Below are positions 27,245-35,711 of a stretch of 36,887 bases of DNA, piece after piece. Positions within the stretch are counted from its first letter, which is position 1, and every line of letters starts with the position of its first letter. The position numbers and the translations under genes were made by a program. The stretch lies in IMG/VR virus record IMGVR_UViG_3300048599_000798, positions 1 through 36,887 of that record, one strand, 5' to 3'. The notes beneath the pieces are model-generated. The model searched no databases. It was given only the letters and a program-made list of their open reading frames with translations, and had not been told where the DNA came from. This DNA is from a virus (lineage: Duplodnaviria > Caudoviricetes).

Positions 27245-29983
27245 CTATAACACACCTTTTTTTATTGCATAAAAAGTAGACATAGCGCCACTATTATAAG
27301 GGTCAGCTTTTCTTATCTTAATCCGTGGCCATTTTTCATTAGTTCGAGTCTCGGTAATAATCCATCCGAGGTTTTTCCAATCATTTATGATGCGTTTCAA
27401 ATTGAATCCGCCCAGCTCCATAATTTCTTGAAATGAAGTGGGATATAAATAAATCGCATTTACATCATAGAACCCATATTTAGAACCGTTGCTAAAACCC
27501 GTTTTAAAGCGTTCAATATTTGAATTAAAGAACGATTCAAGATATTCATATGCCCGATTTGCATCATCGACGCTGGCCGCAGTTTCTAACTCATTAAAAA
27601 TAGCTTCAATCAGCTTAATACTTTCCTCCGCCGCCTGGTTATCCGGAATATTAAATATCCATTGCGAAGCAAGCAGATCGGCGACCGCCACACAAGCCAA
27701 GGCGGTTAAATGTGAACCAATTTTAGTCGCATGTCGTTTATTTAGATTATCGATTAAGCTTTCATACATACGCGATAACCAAGCCTTATCGGTTTGAATA
27801 AGCTTTTTAACAAATAAGGGGCCGGCGAATCCAAAATGTTGGCCGGAGAAAGCATGTAATTTTCGGGCGAATACTTCATCAGAAATGGGTTTACCGTAAA
27901 TCTCCAAAACTCTGGTTTGTATTCCTGATGTTGATGATTCATTTGCTAGAGGCTCTTCTCCTGATGTTAATACGATGCTTCTCCAAGTTGCCGTATATTG
28001 TAATCCTCCATTTTTCGAACCCCGAGCCTTCCCTTTACCAAGCCCTAATAAATATACAATCCCTTCAATAAATCCCTGATGGTCGCCAACTGCTTGGCGT
28101 TCATCGATACCCAAGGGAAGATCGGTGAAGAATCCCGCCGTTTTTTCTATTGCAACCTTCGTACTATTAAAGTTCAGCATTAAATCTTCCGGATTGCCCC
28201 ATGCAGATAGAGCCATTTTAATGGCCGATGTTTTTCCGCCTCTAGTCGGTCCCCAGTTATGAATAATGAAAACTCTTTGATTGAGAAGTTTTAAAAGTGG
28301 CGCTGCAAAAGAGGCCGACATGGTTAAACGAGCTAAAGGGAATTCCTGGCGAACTTTTAAGGCCATTTTTACCCATTCTTCCTCTGTTCCATGGGAATAA
28401 TATCCGGACGCATATGGATTGAATTCGGTAATATCGCTTACTATTTCATCAGCATAAAACGGTACAAAGAGATTATCATCTAGCCATCCCATTCTGCCAA
28501 TTGAGCGCGCCGATTGTATGGAATTGAGATTAACTCCCTGGTATTGAGTAAGATATTTAACAAATTCCCGCGCATTAGAACCGGAAATAGGGAGACCCAT
28601 ATCAGCCAGGCTTACACAGCTTTGATTACTAAATAACTGTGAATTATTGCAGATTAATCTTTTCCAAACACCATCCCGCAAAAAAACAATTTCAGTTTTT
28701 TCCGTCCCCGTATCTGCATTTATTAATCGACGAGATAAGCCAACCGGGACCGGGCAAGCGTAAACAGTTCCTTCTTTGTCTGAATAGCGCCAAATGCCTT
28801 CTTTTTCATCGATGTTCCAAAACGGTGGTTTACGATGCTGTTTAATATCATCAGGGCAATTAGTCAAACTATCTGACATTAAAGCATATTTGGGAGATTG
28901 GGTAGGGAGAGGGTCATTCGCAATAGCCTCTTTTAAGAATCCCTGCACAATACCCAATGCCGCTTCCCCTTCAATGGTCTGCGTACCTTTTCTCGCCGCC
29001 AGGACATCGTCGATTCCCTTAAATGAGGTATCCCATATTTCCAAACATACTGATTTCAGAGAGAGCTCATTATCAGGATTTAAAAGTTCGATAAAAAGGT
29101 TTAATAGGTGATTGGCAACATTTCTATTGTTGTGGGCATCGGCATCAAGCGCCACAAACACCTTTTCAACTCCCAATTCTTTGATAGTGGAAAGAGCCAA
29201 CCGCCAGGAGCCGACACCCGGCAATGATAAAGTTAAAATTCCACTCAATGCGGTAGCAATGTCGGCTTTTAATTCTCCTTCAGTAAGTCTTAAAATTTCG
29301 GATTTATCGCCATTGAATAAAGGAATATGTAAAAGGTTAGCTTGTCCCGTCCCCCCGGGCTTGCCGGATGAAGATAGCCAAATATATTTTTGGTCCGGCT
29401 CCTTCGGAGAATCAACTCGGATTTTCAAGCCAATGATCCTTCCTTGACAATCACGAACCGGTATCAAGATTCCGGGAGAACCGGCTATGGTGACCCATGG
29501 TTTTCCTCGTTCTTCTTTTTGAAAGAATCCGGGAACATGAAAAAGGGTATCAGTGCTGAATTTACTTTTTAATGTTTTTGCTAGTCTGCTCCGCCCCTGT
29601 AATGGTAAACTTTTATAACCATGCCGGTTAATTTCATCATCTGAAAGCCCCCGGCCATGTAAATTTTCCCGGTGTTCCGTGGATAAGGTTAATTCATTGA
29701 GCAAAGAAGAATAAACCTGGTTCAATGTATCCAGGTCAGCTCGTTTACTATCGCTCCGATCCGGAGGAAGGATGATTTCGTCATCACCCCGGCGCTCTGG
29801 AGATTCTTCGCCAAGATAGTAATACCAAAATATGCCGCCGCTTTTGTCGGTTTTTTCGAGTCCACTCCCATCACCACGGCGGCAACAAACATGATTATGA
29901 TCTGTGGATATAGAACACCATGTACTACGGCCACAAATTGGGCAAGGATTATGTTTATTTACTTCAGTCCATTCAATAGACAT
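27245..29983 (-). CDS. Primase-helicase replication protein (Zn finger + TOPRIM/DUF3854-like + DUF927-like helicase)
   Basis: CPICG..WC..C; TEGELKAD, ALDAD, KGIDD; GPTRGGKT Walker A, GIDE Walker B, TSGEEP. Confidence 0.9.
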   Translation of the reverse strand: MSIEWTEVNKHNPCPICGRSTWCSISTDHNHVCCRRGDGSGLEKTDKSGGIFWYYYLGEESPERRGDDEIILPPDRSDSKRADLDTLNQVYSSLLNELTLSTEHRENLHGRGLSDDEINRHGYKSLPLQGRSRLAKTLKSKFSTDTLFHVPGFFQKEERGKPWVTIAGSPGILIPVRDCQGRIIGLKIRVDSPKEPDQKYIWLSSSGKPGGTGQANLLHIPLFNGDKSEILRLTEGELKADIATALSGILTLSLPGVGSWRLALSTIKELGVEKVFVALDADAHNNRNVANHLLNLFIELLNPDNELSLKSVCLEIWDTSFKGIDDVLAARKGTQTIEGEAALGIVQGFLKEAIANDPLPTQSPKYALMSDSLTNCPDDIKQHRKPPFWNIDEKEGIWRYSDKEGTVYACPVPVGLSRRLINADTGTEKTEIVFLRDGVWKRLICNNSQLFSNQSCVSLADMGLPISGSNAREFVKYLTQYQGVNLNSIQSARSIGRMGWLDDNLFVPFYADEIVSDITEFNPYASGYYSHGTEEEWVKMALKVRQEFPLARLTMSASFAAPLLKLLNQRVFIIHNWGPTRGGKTSAIKMALSAWGNPEDLMLNFNSTKVAIEKTAGFFTDLPLGIDERQAVGDHQGFIEGIVYLLGLGKGKARGSKNGGLQYTATWRSIVLTSGEEPLANESSTSGIQTRVLEIYGKPISDEVFARKLHAFSGQHFGFAGPLFVKKLIQTDKAWLSRMYESLIDNLNKRHATKIGSHLTALACVAVADLLASQWIFNIPDNQAAEESIKLIEAIFNELETAASVDDANRAYEYLESFFNSNIERFKTGFSNGSKYGFYDVNAIYLYPTSFQEIMELGGFNLKRIINDWKNLGWIITETRTNEKWPRIKIRKADPYNSGAMSTFYAIKKGVL

Positions 29984-30013
29984 AGAGACCTCCGAAGTCA
30001 ATTTCTTGACAGA

Positions 30014-30298
30014 TTAATCCATTGTTTGGATATTGGTTATGAGCTGCACTCCTTCTTTAAAACCCTTACGATAAGCGTATTCGATAGCTTCAGTATACAA
30101 AGCGGTATTAGCATTTGAATAATTTATCAGAACTTCCTGTTCCGTCGCTGATAAACAATTCTTTAATTGCGTTTCAAGAATATCAATCTCTTGATTGTAT
30201 TCAGCTAATTGAGGGGCTTCAATTTCAAGAGGTATTGGACTTATAATTCTATCTCTTAAAAATCCCCTTAAAGCCTGTAAGAATGTCGGATTTTCCAT
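30014..30298 (-). CDS. Small helical hypothetical protein
   Basis: EYAYRKGFKEG motif. Confidence 0.75.
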   Translation of the reverse strand: MENPTFLQALRGFLRDRIISPIPLEIEAPQLAEYNQEIDILETQLKNCLSATEQEVLINYSNANTALYTEAIEYAYRKGFKEGVQLITNIQTMD

Positions 30299-30301
30299 AG
30301 T

Positions 30302-30799
30302 CTAAATTACCCCCTCTTGATTGTTTTTGTCGCTCCCGTGCCTGGATTCATACCCCGCTGCATATTCTTTGACCGCTCCCATCATTAGGGCCAGAATATC
30401 TTCGGGAGGCAAATCATAATCAGAAATTGCATTTAATACCTCATCATTGAATACTTCCTGTATTTCCCTAGAAAGTTGTGCTGACGTTACTGGGTATGCA
30501 TTAAATAAATTATTATTAGTGATACTTGGAGAATCAAAGTTTCCGAATTTTATTGCATCAGATATTCCGAGGCGATAAGCGTATTCCATTTGCCTATTGC
30601 GTAAATTTGTTTCGGAGCTTTCAAATTGAGAAATCACCTCAAAACTAAGGAGGCTATTTATCTTATCAAATTCTTTGTGATATTCTTCCAAAGCCTCTTT
30701 AACATCAGGCGTATTCGCGCCAAATATGCGATCATCGAGCCGATGCATAATAAAATTCAAAAAAGCTTTATCAAATTTGGAATCATGACCTTTTATCAT
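30302..30799 (-). CDS. Hypothetical protein, N-terminal part related to its neighbour
   Basis: EYAYRLGISDA motif. Confidence 0.75.
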   Translation of the reverse strand: MIKGHDSKFDKAFLNFIMHRLDDRIFGANTPDVKEALEEYHKEFDKINSLLSFEVISQFESSETNLRNRQMEYAYRLGISDAIKFGNFDSPSITNNNLFNAYPVTSAQLSREIQEVFNDEVLNAISDYDLPPEDILALMMGAVKEYAAGYESRHGSDKNNQEGVI

Positions 30800-30825
30800 C
30801 CGGGATCACCCTTTCATAATTTGAT

Positions 30826-31248
30826 TTATATACAAGCGCTAAGAGTGTTAAATTTTGAATCTAACAACGCTATTAATCGCTTGCCAAAACGATCCGGCCA
30901 CTCATCCCTAACGCCCTTTAATTCTTCACACCAAATCTCAGCACGATCACCATTGTTATTGATAATGCGAAGATTTTTTAAATTAGGGTTAGGCTTTGAA
31001 GTTTTCAGCATGAAACAGCCGAGATTGATGGCTAAAGATTGAATTTTATTTTCAATGCTTAATTCGGGATTCAAGAGTATAATGCGATAAAATGACTCTT
31101 TCGGATCTCCCGGAAGTATTAACATATAAAGACTTTTTTTAAGTGCTAAATCTTTATCCGAAGGGACAATATAACTATCATCAACAATAATGCCTCTTCG
31201 CTCTGCAGTTCTTTTTAAATAAGCATAAAGCAAGTCAGTATTATTCAT
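30826..31248 (-). CDS. ImmA/IrrE-like protein lacking HExxH
   Basis: IILLNPELS.E.K..SLAINLGC matches I.IN..LS..R.RFTLAHELGH pattern; SD GGAGG. Confidence 0.6.
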   Translation of the reverse strand: MNNTDLLYAYLKRTAERRGIIVDDSYIVPSDKDLALKKSLYMLILPGDPKESFYRIILLNPELSIENKIQSLAINLGCFMLKTSKPNPNLKNLRIINNNGDRAEIWCEELKGVRDEWPDRFGKRLIALLDSKFNTLSACI

Positions 31249-31352
31249 AGTTTTTTACCTCCATTTCCGAATATGTGATATAATTTGATTGGATGTTTTT
31301 TCATCTGCGCTTCGGGTGGCTCCGTGGCGTTTTTTTGCGGAAATGATACTCA

Positions 31353-31616
31353 TTAGCTAGCCTTGGCACCTCCCTCCGGAATTCCATCCTTACCCTTTGG
31401 GAGAATCCCAAATAACTCACAAAGCTTGTCCTTAATTATCCGATATTCATCCGACACTTTGTAATAATGGACATCCTCTAAAATTGGGCCAAACGGCGTT
31501 TTACCGCTAACCAACCAAGGCATAAACTTTGGCTTAGATACTCCAACCAAAGCGGCAGCCTCAGCCGGCTTTAAAACTTCAGGGAAATCTTGATATTGAC
31601 GTGGTTTTTTAGACAT
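31353..31616 (-). CDS. Excisionase-like HTH protein
   Basis: PEVLKPAEAAALVGVS..YRI.K..L. Confidence 0.75.
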   Translation of the reverse strand: MSKKPRQYQDFPEVLKPAEAAALVGVSKPKFMPWLVSGKTPFGPILEDVHYYKVSDEYRIIKDKLCELFGILPKGKDGIPEGGAKAS

Positions 31617-31662
31617 GGAATCAACCCCTATCTTTCATCTTCTGGCTTTTCCAATGTTGGTA

Positions 31663-31899
31663 TTAATAATCGCCGCTTTTTTCGATCATCTGGTATACCG
31701 TTAATCCTTTATTTTCTGGGAGGTCGAGCATAGAATGTACTTCAAAAATCTGATTGTAATAACTTAGGCATCCGGCAATATGAGCATGAATCCATCCGTT
31801 TGTTTTGCCCTGCTTTTTATATTCTTCAATAGCTTCATAAACACCAAGGATCAGATCTTCGACCGGCTCCTTTTTAACTAAACTAACAACTTTGCCCAT
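31663..31899 (-). CDS. Hypothetical protein, paralog 2
   Basis: YEAIEEYK..GK..WI...I.GCL..YN...GDY; SD GGAGG. Confidence 0.75.
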   Translation of the reverse strand: MGKVVSLVKKEPVEDLILGVYEAIEEYKKQGKTNGWIHAHIAGCLSYYNQIFEVHSMLDLPENKGLTVYQMIEKSGDY

Positions 31900-31915
31900 G
31901 TCGATCCTCCATTTC

Positions 31916-32110
31916 TTAATAATCACCGGTTTCCTTGACAATTTGTAATACCGACATATCGGCGCAATCTCCAGTATGCTTTTGAATTGTTGCAAAAAGG
32001 TTATAATGCGCTAAACAACCAATAATCCGCGATTGTATCCATTCGTCACTTTTGCCAATATTTTTATAATGCTCTATAGCATGATAGATTTTTAAAACCG
32101 GGTCTTTCAT
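31916..32110 (-). CDS. Hypothetical protein, paralog 1
   Basis: YHAIEHYK..GK..WI...I.GCL..YN...GDY; SD AAGGAGG. Confidence 0.75.
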   Translation of the reverse strand: MKDPVLKIYHAIEHYKNIGKSDEWIQSRIIGCLAHYNLFATIQKHTGDCADMSVLQIVKETGDY

Positions 32111-32177
32111 TTGATAAACCTCCTTACAGGAATTTGTTTCCTCCCGGCGAATAAAATATCTAAAGGAGTTGATTACT

Positions 32178-32399
32178 ATGCAAAACTTTAAAGAATGGAT
32201 TGCTAAATACAAAGATGAAGATACTATAAAAGGCGATCTTGCCCGCGATATCCTTCGGGATAAAAATTTTCCGGAAACCAACGATAAGGAGCAAATTTTT
32301 AATTACATCGAAACACAGTTACATCGTCACGGAATAAGTCACGCATTTAAAGATTTCAAAAGTATGTATGCCTCTTATTTAAAGTCTCACCCCTTATGA
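32178..32399 (+). CDS. YozE SAM-like domain protein
   Basis: F.EWI......GDLARDI..D.NFP; SD AAGGAG. Confidence 0.8.
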   Translation: MQNFKEWIAKYKDEDTIKGDLARDILRDKNFPETNDKEQIFNYIETQLHRHGISHAFKDFKSMYASYLKSHPL

Positions 32400-32406
32400 T
32401 TAGGGG

Positions 32407-33231
32407 TTAATTCAACCCATAAAGCTGGCTCACTAATTCTTTCACATCATTTTCATATAGCTTGCAGGCTATTTCGTAAAGCTCCGGGACCTTATTCATC
32501 ACACGATCAATATAATCAAGCTTGTTTTTTAGTCTTGGTTTATTGCTCGTATTATAGGCTTCGAGTCTCCGAGATAAATCAATGTGGTATTTCATTTCAA
32601 ACTGCCGATACAACTCTGCCCAGCGTTCTACATAATTGGCACCTTTATAGCGGACAACCCGATTGAGAACCTGGCGTTTACTGGCAAGGTCAATTTCATC
32701 TACGAGGCCAATAATGACATCTTGTTTGTGGTCGATCTCTTTTTGTTGGTGGGCGTTTTTCAATTTTAATGATTCATTTTGTTCCCACTGATCGGCAGCA
32801 ATTCGCAAAGCTTCTGCGAAGTTACGGGGTACCGGGAATTGAGTTTCCTTCATCTCAAAGTATTCATCCAAGATTTGTTCGTACTTGTCCCAGGCTTGAT
32901 CATCATTAAAGATTTTGAGGAGTTTACCATAGCCGATTCGGGAGAGAACATAGATGTTTTTTGAAGCGTTAACCGCATCTTTGGTTATAATCTGGCTATC
33001 GACCAAATCGATAACCAATTTGGTTCCCTTGATATCAATAACATCAATATCATCCCGGAATTTTGCTCTGTGATTGTTAATTGCTTCATTCACATGCATT
33101 GGTTTCATATTATGTAATTCAGCTATTGTTTTAGCCAACATAGCCGGTTTATCTGGGCCAAATCCCCCGGCGATTTTTGGGACTTCGATCCCACATACGA
33201 TTGTTTTGCCTTGGATGATTAGATTGTTCAT
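32407..33231 (-). CDS. Phage antirepressor-like protein (ORF6N-type N-terminus)
   Basis: IAELH..VNEAIN..IYVLS..GY..L.K; PRNFAEALR coiled coil; follows cro. Confidence 0.8.
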   Translation of the reverse strand: MNNLIIQGKTIVCGIEVPKIAGGFGPDKPAMLAKTIAELHNMKPMHVNEAINNHRAKFRDDIDVIDIKGTKLVIDLVDSQIITKDAVNASKNIYVLSRIGYGKLLKIFNDDQAWDKYEQILDEYFEMKETQFPVPRNFAEALRIAADQWEQNESLKLKNAHQQKEIDHKQDVIIGLVDEIDLASKRQVLNRVVRYKGANYVERWAELYRQFEMKYHIDLSRRLEAYNTSNKPRLKNKLDYIDRVMNKVPELYEIACKLYENDVKELVSQLYGLN

Positions 33232-33232
33232 T

Positions 33233-33457
33233 TTAACCCCTCCCGAAGATCTCGGATTCCGGAATACCAAATGCCATAGCTATGGCTCTCCTGCTGTTAC
33301 GCCGGGGATAACTTCTTCCAGAAGCCCAAAGCCAATAATTTTTCTTGGTTGTTCCGCAATGCTCTGCTGCTACGTCCTGCGACCATTTCTTTACTGCTCT
33401 TAAAACTTCCATTCTTTCATTCCATGGCATATTTTGAATCAAAGAATTGATATCCAT
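33233..33457 (-). CDS. Cro-like XRE regulator
   Basis: LR..KKWSQ..AAE..G..Y..W..G..P; first gene of the leftward operon. Confidence 0.85.
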   Translation of the reverse strand: MDINSLIQNMPWNERMEVLRAVKKWSQDVAAEHCGTTKKNYWLWASGRSYPRRNSRRAIAMAFGIPESEIFGRG

Positions 33458-33473
33458 AGAATTCACTCCTTTT

Positions 33474-33638
33474 TGTCTCTCATTGGCGTCATTTTATTCT
33501 ATTGTAACATAGAATAATTATTAAACAAATAATTTTTGACGCCATTAAGAGTCATTTTTCGTCAATGTGGTTTATTAGCGTCTTTAATTGTCCTATTCTT
33601 TAATTCTTATTGACACATTGACGCCAATGGCGTAAAAT
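33474..33638. promoter_or_regulatory. Lysis-lysogeny switch: divergent promoters and TGACGCCA-based operators
   Basis: Plus TTGACA(33610)-17-TAAAAT(33633); minus extended -10 TGTTACAAT (33509-33501); operator-like sites at 33474, 33537 and 33619. Confidence 0.75.
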
Positions 33639-33663
33639 ATCAATGAGAGAGGTGATTATTGCA

Positions 33664-34299
33664 ATGGTTTTATCAAAAAAAGACTTAGGAGAAAAGGTAA
33701 AAGCAGCTAGAGAAGTCAAGGCAACTAGTATTGGAAATAAATATACTCAAGCAAATTTGGCTGATGATATAGGAATTTCAAGAAGTTATTTGGGGGATAT
33801 TGAAGCGGGGAGAAAATATCCAAACTATGTCCTATTAAGTAAAATTGCAGACGCCTGCAATGTAGCATTAGATTTTTTTGATGATGAAGAATTAGAAAAA
33901 ATGGAACATGAATATGAGATGTTAATTCGACTGTCGGAAGAATTAAGAGTTGAAGGGAGAAAATTAGAGGAAGACTTATTAGAAAAACCCGATCAAGAAA
34001 AAGAGAAAATGCTTATGATAAATAATGAAAGGTATATCGACGCGGAAAGACATTTACATTATTTACGCGATAAAATCAAATATAGGCGATCTTCTTTAGA
34101 GCTACTTGGTGAAAATGAAATGGTTAATTCATCTGGTTTAGAGAAAGAAGATGTCGTAGATAAGTTACCAAAAAATCAAAGACTGATAAAAGCAATTGCT
34201 AGAGCAGAAGATTTACCCGAGGATGATATAGATGATGTCGCGGATGCTTTAGATTTTTTAATTCAACAAAAGAAAAATAAGCTTAAAAAGGAGAACTAA
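33664..34299 (+). CDS. CI/ImmR-like repressor
   Basis: TQANLADDIGISRSYLGDIEAGRK.P HTH; no S24 peptidase domain evident; precedes ImmA-like gene. Confidence 0.9.
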   Translation: MVLSKKDLGEKVKAAREVKATSIGNKYTQANLADDIGISRSYLGDIEAGRKYPNYVLLSKIADACNVALDFFDDEELEKMEHEYEMLIRLSEELRVEGRKLEEDLLEKPDQEKEKMLMINNERYIDAERHLHYLRDKIKYRRSSLELLGENEMVNSSGLEKEDVVDKLPKNQRLIKAIARAEDLPEDDIDDVADALDFLIQQKKNKLKKEN

Positions 34300-34302
34300 G
34301 TC

Positions 34303-35364
34303 TTGCCAAAGCCCATGCCAACTGGGCCTAATTGGTTCAGATCGGTACGATTAGCCCAAAATTTTCTTTTGCAATCTAATGTTTGTTATCTTCCTATAAA
34401 TCCGGCTATATTTTATAAAACTAATGATAACTGGGTTCTAAGTAATTGTAAAAGTATGCTCAAATATAGAAAAAGCAATAAACTAGCTCAAAGAATACTT
34501 GACCAAGATATTGATGCAATAACATATTTTGAAGCAGAACAAGGTTTTTATGTTACGATATATAATGGAAACTTTTCAATAAATCGAATACGGTGGACAT
34601 TAGCCCACGAGATTGGACATATAGTACTTGGACATTTTGAATTTGATGAAACTGCTTTATTAAGAGGCGGTCTTGATGGAAAGAAATATAGTATATTAGA
34701 AATTGAAGCCCATACTTTTGCCGCAGAATTATTGGCTCCAACATTTATAATAAATAATTTAGGGAAATTAAAAGCTGATTTAATAAAAAAAATATGTATA
34801 ATCTCCGATGAAGCAGCATCTAAACGCGCAAAAACGTTATCTAAGTTCAAATATTCCGAAAAACAATCTGATATTAGACAGCAATTTGAATACAAATTCG
34901 CTCCATTTTTAAAACGAATTCCAATGTGCTCGAATATAAATTTTTTACCTGTAATGCTCAACTATCAAAAATATCCAGAGGTGAATTTATTGAAGAAAAA
35001 AAATTTATATGTTAGAACTGATGATAATGGAAGATTTCTCGAATGTCCCCAGTGCGGAAATACTTACTTCTCAGCGGGGGCAAAATTTTGTAAGATGTGC
35101 GGCTTATATTTATATAATTTTTGTAAATACGAAGATAATTCAGATTCTTTCCGAGACTATTGTGGAGCCCCAGCTTCTGGAGACGCTCGGTATTGTGAGC
35201 TCTGTGGGTCCGAAACTTTTTTATTAGCAAATGGATTACTAGAGACTTGGAAGGAAATATTGGAATCGGGGCAGCAGATTGCGGCCGGAGTGGTGTCAGA
35301 AAATGAAAATGGAAACAGCGAAAATGATTTAGAAGGGATTAATCTAGATGATCTACCTTTCTAA
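34303..35364 (+). CDS. ImmA/IrrE-family metallopeptidase with C-terminal zinc ribbons
   Basis: RWTLAHEIGH and EIEAHTFAAELLAP; CPQC, CKMC, C..C, CELC. Confidence 0.9.
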   Translation: MPKPMPTGPNWFRSVRLAQNFLLQSNVCYLPINPAIFYKTNDNWVLSNCKSMLKYRKSNKLAQRILDQDIDAITYFEAEQGFYVTIYNGNFSINRIRWTLAHEIGHIVLGHFEFDETALLRGGLDGKKYSILEIEAHTFAAELLAPTFIINNLGKLKADLIKKICIISDEAASKRAKTLSKFKYSEKQSDIRQQFEYKFAPFLKRIPMCSNINFLPVMLNYQKYPEVNLLKKKNLYVRTDDNGRFLECPQCGNTYFSAGAKFCKMCGLYLYNFCKYEDNSDSFRDYCGAPASGDARYCELCGSETFLLANGLLETWKEILESGQQIAAGVVSENENGNSENDLEGINLDDLPF

Positions 35365-35421
35365 AATAAACTTGTTAAATCATTAATTCGAAAGTCAAGT
35401 TTGAATAGAAGGTGATGTTTA

Positions 35422-35670
35422 ATGGAAAATTCAAACAAGCTACCCCCAGTGGCGGTATGTACCATATGCGGAAAATACGTATGCGATGAACGTTTACTTG
35501 ACCAAAGATGTAACCAAATTTATGATGGCAAACGTTGCAAAGGTTGGTTTGGCAGTACTATCGGAATAAACGATTGGATCAAATGCACCATTTGTGGTGG
35601 AAATGGAATGGAGGCTTCTATAAAATGTGAAGCCTGTCAAGGTACTGGTTGGCTCTTTGTCCGAAAATAA
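35422..35670 (+). CDS. Small Cys-rich zinc-finger protein
   Basis: CTIC, C..C and two CxxCxGxG motifs; SD AAGGTG. Confidence 0.75.
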   Translation: MENSNKLPPVAVCTICGKYVCDERLLDQRCNQIYDGKRCKGWFGSTIGINDWIKCTICGGNGMEASIKCEACQGTGWLFVRK

Positions 35671-35711
35671 TTTTAATTTTGTAAATGCAAGTTAAAGAAG
35701 GTGATATTTTT

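Noticed and set aside
26974-27255. 93-aa minus-strand ORF
   Set aside because: Translation of the repeat field (TVQ/TVR repeats); better explained as a non-coding origin
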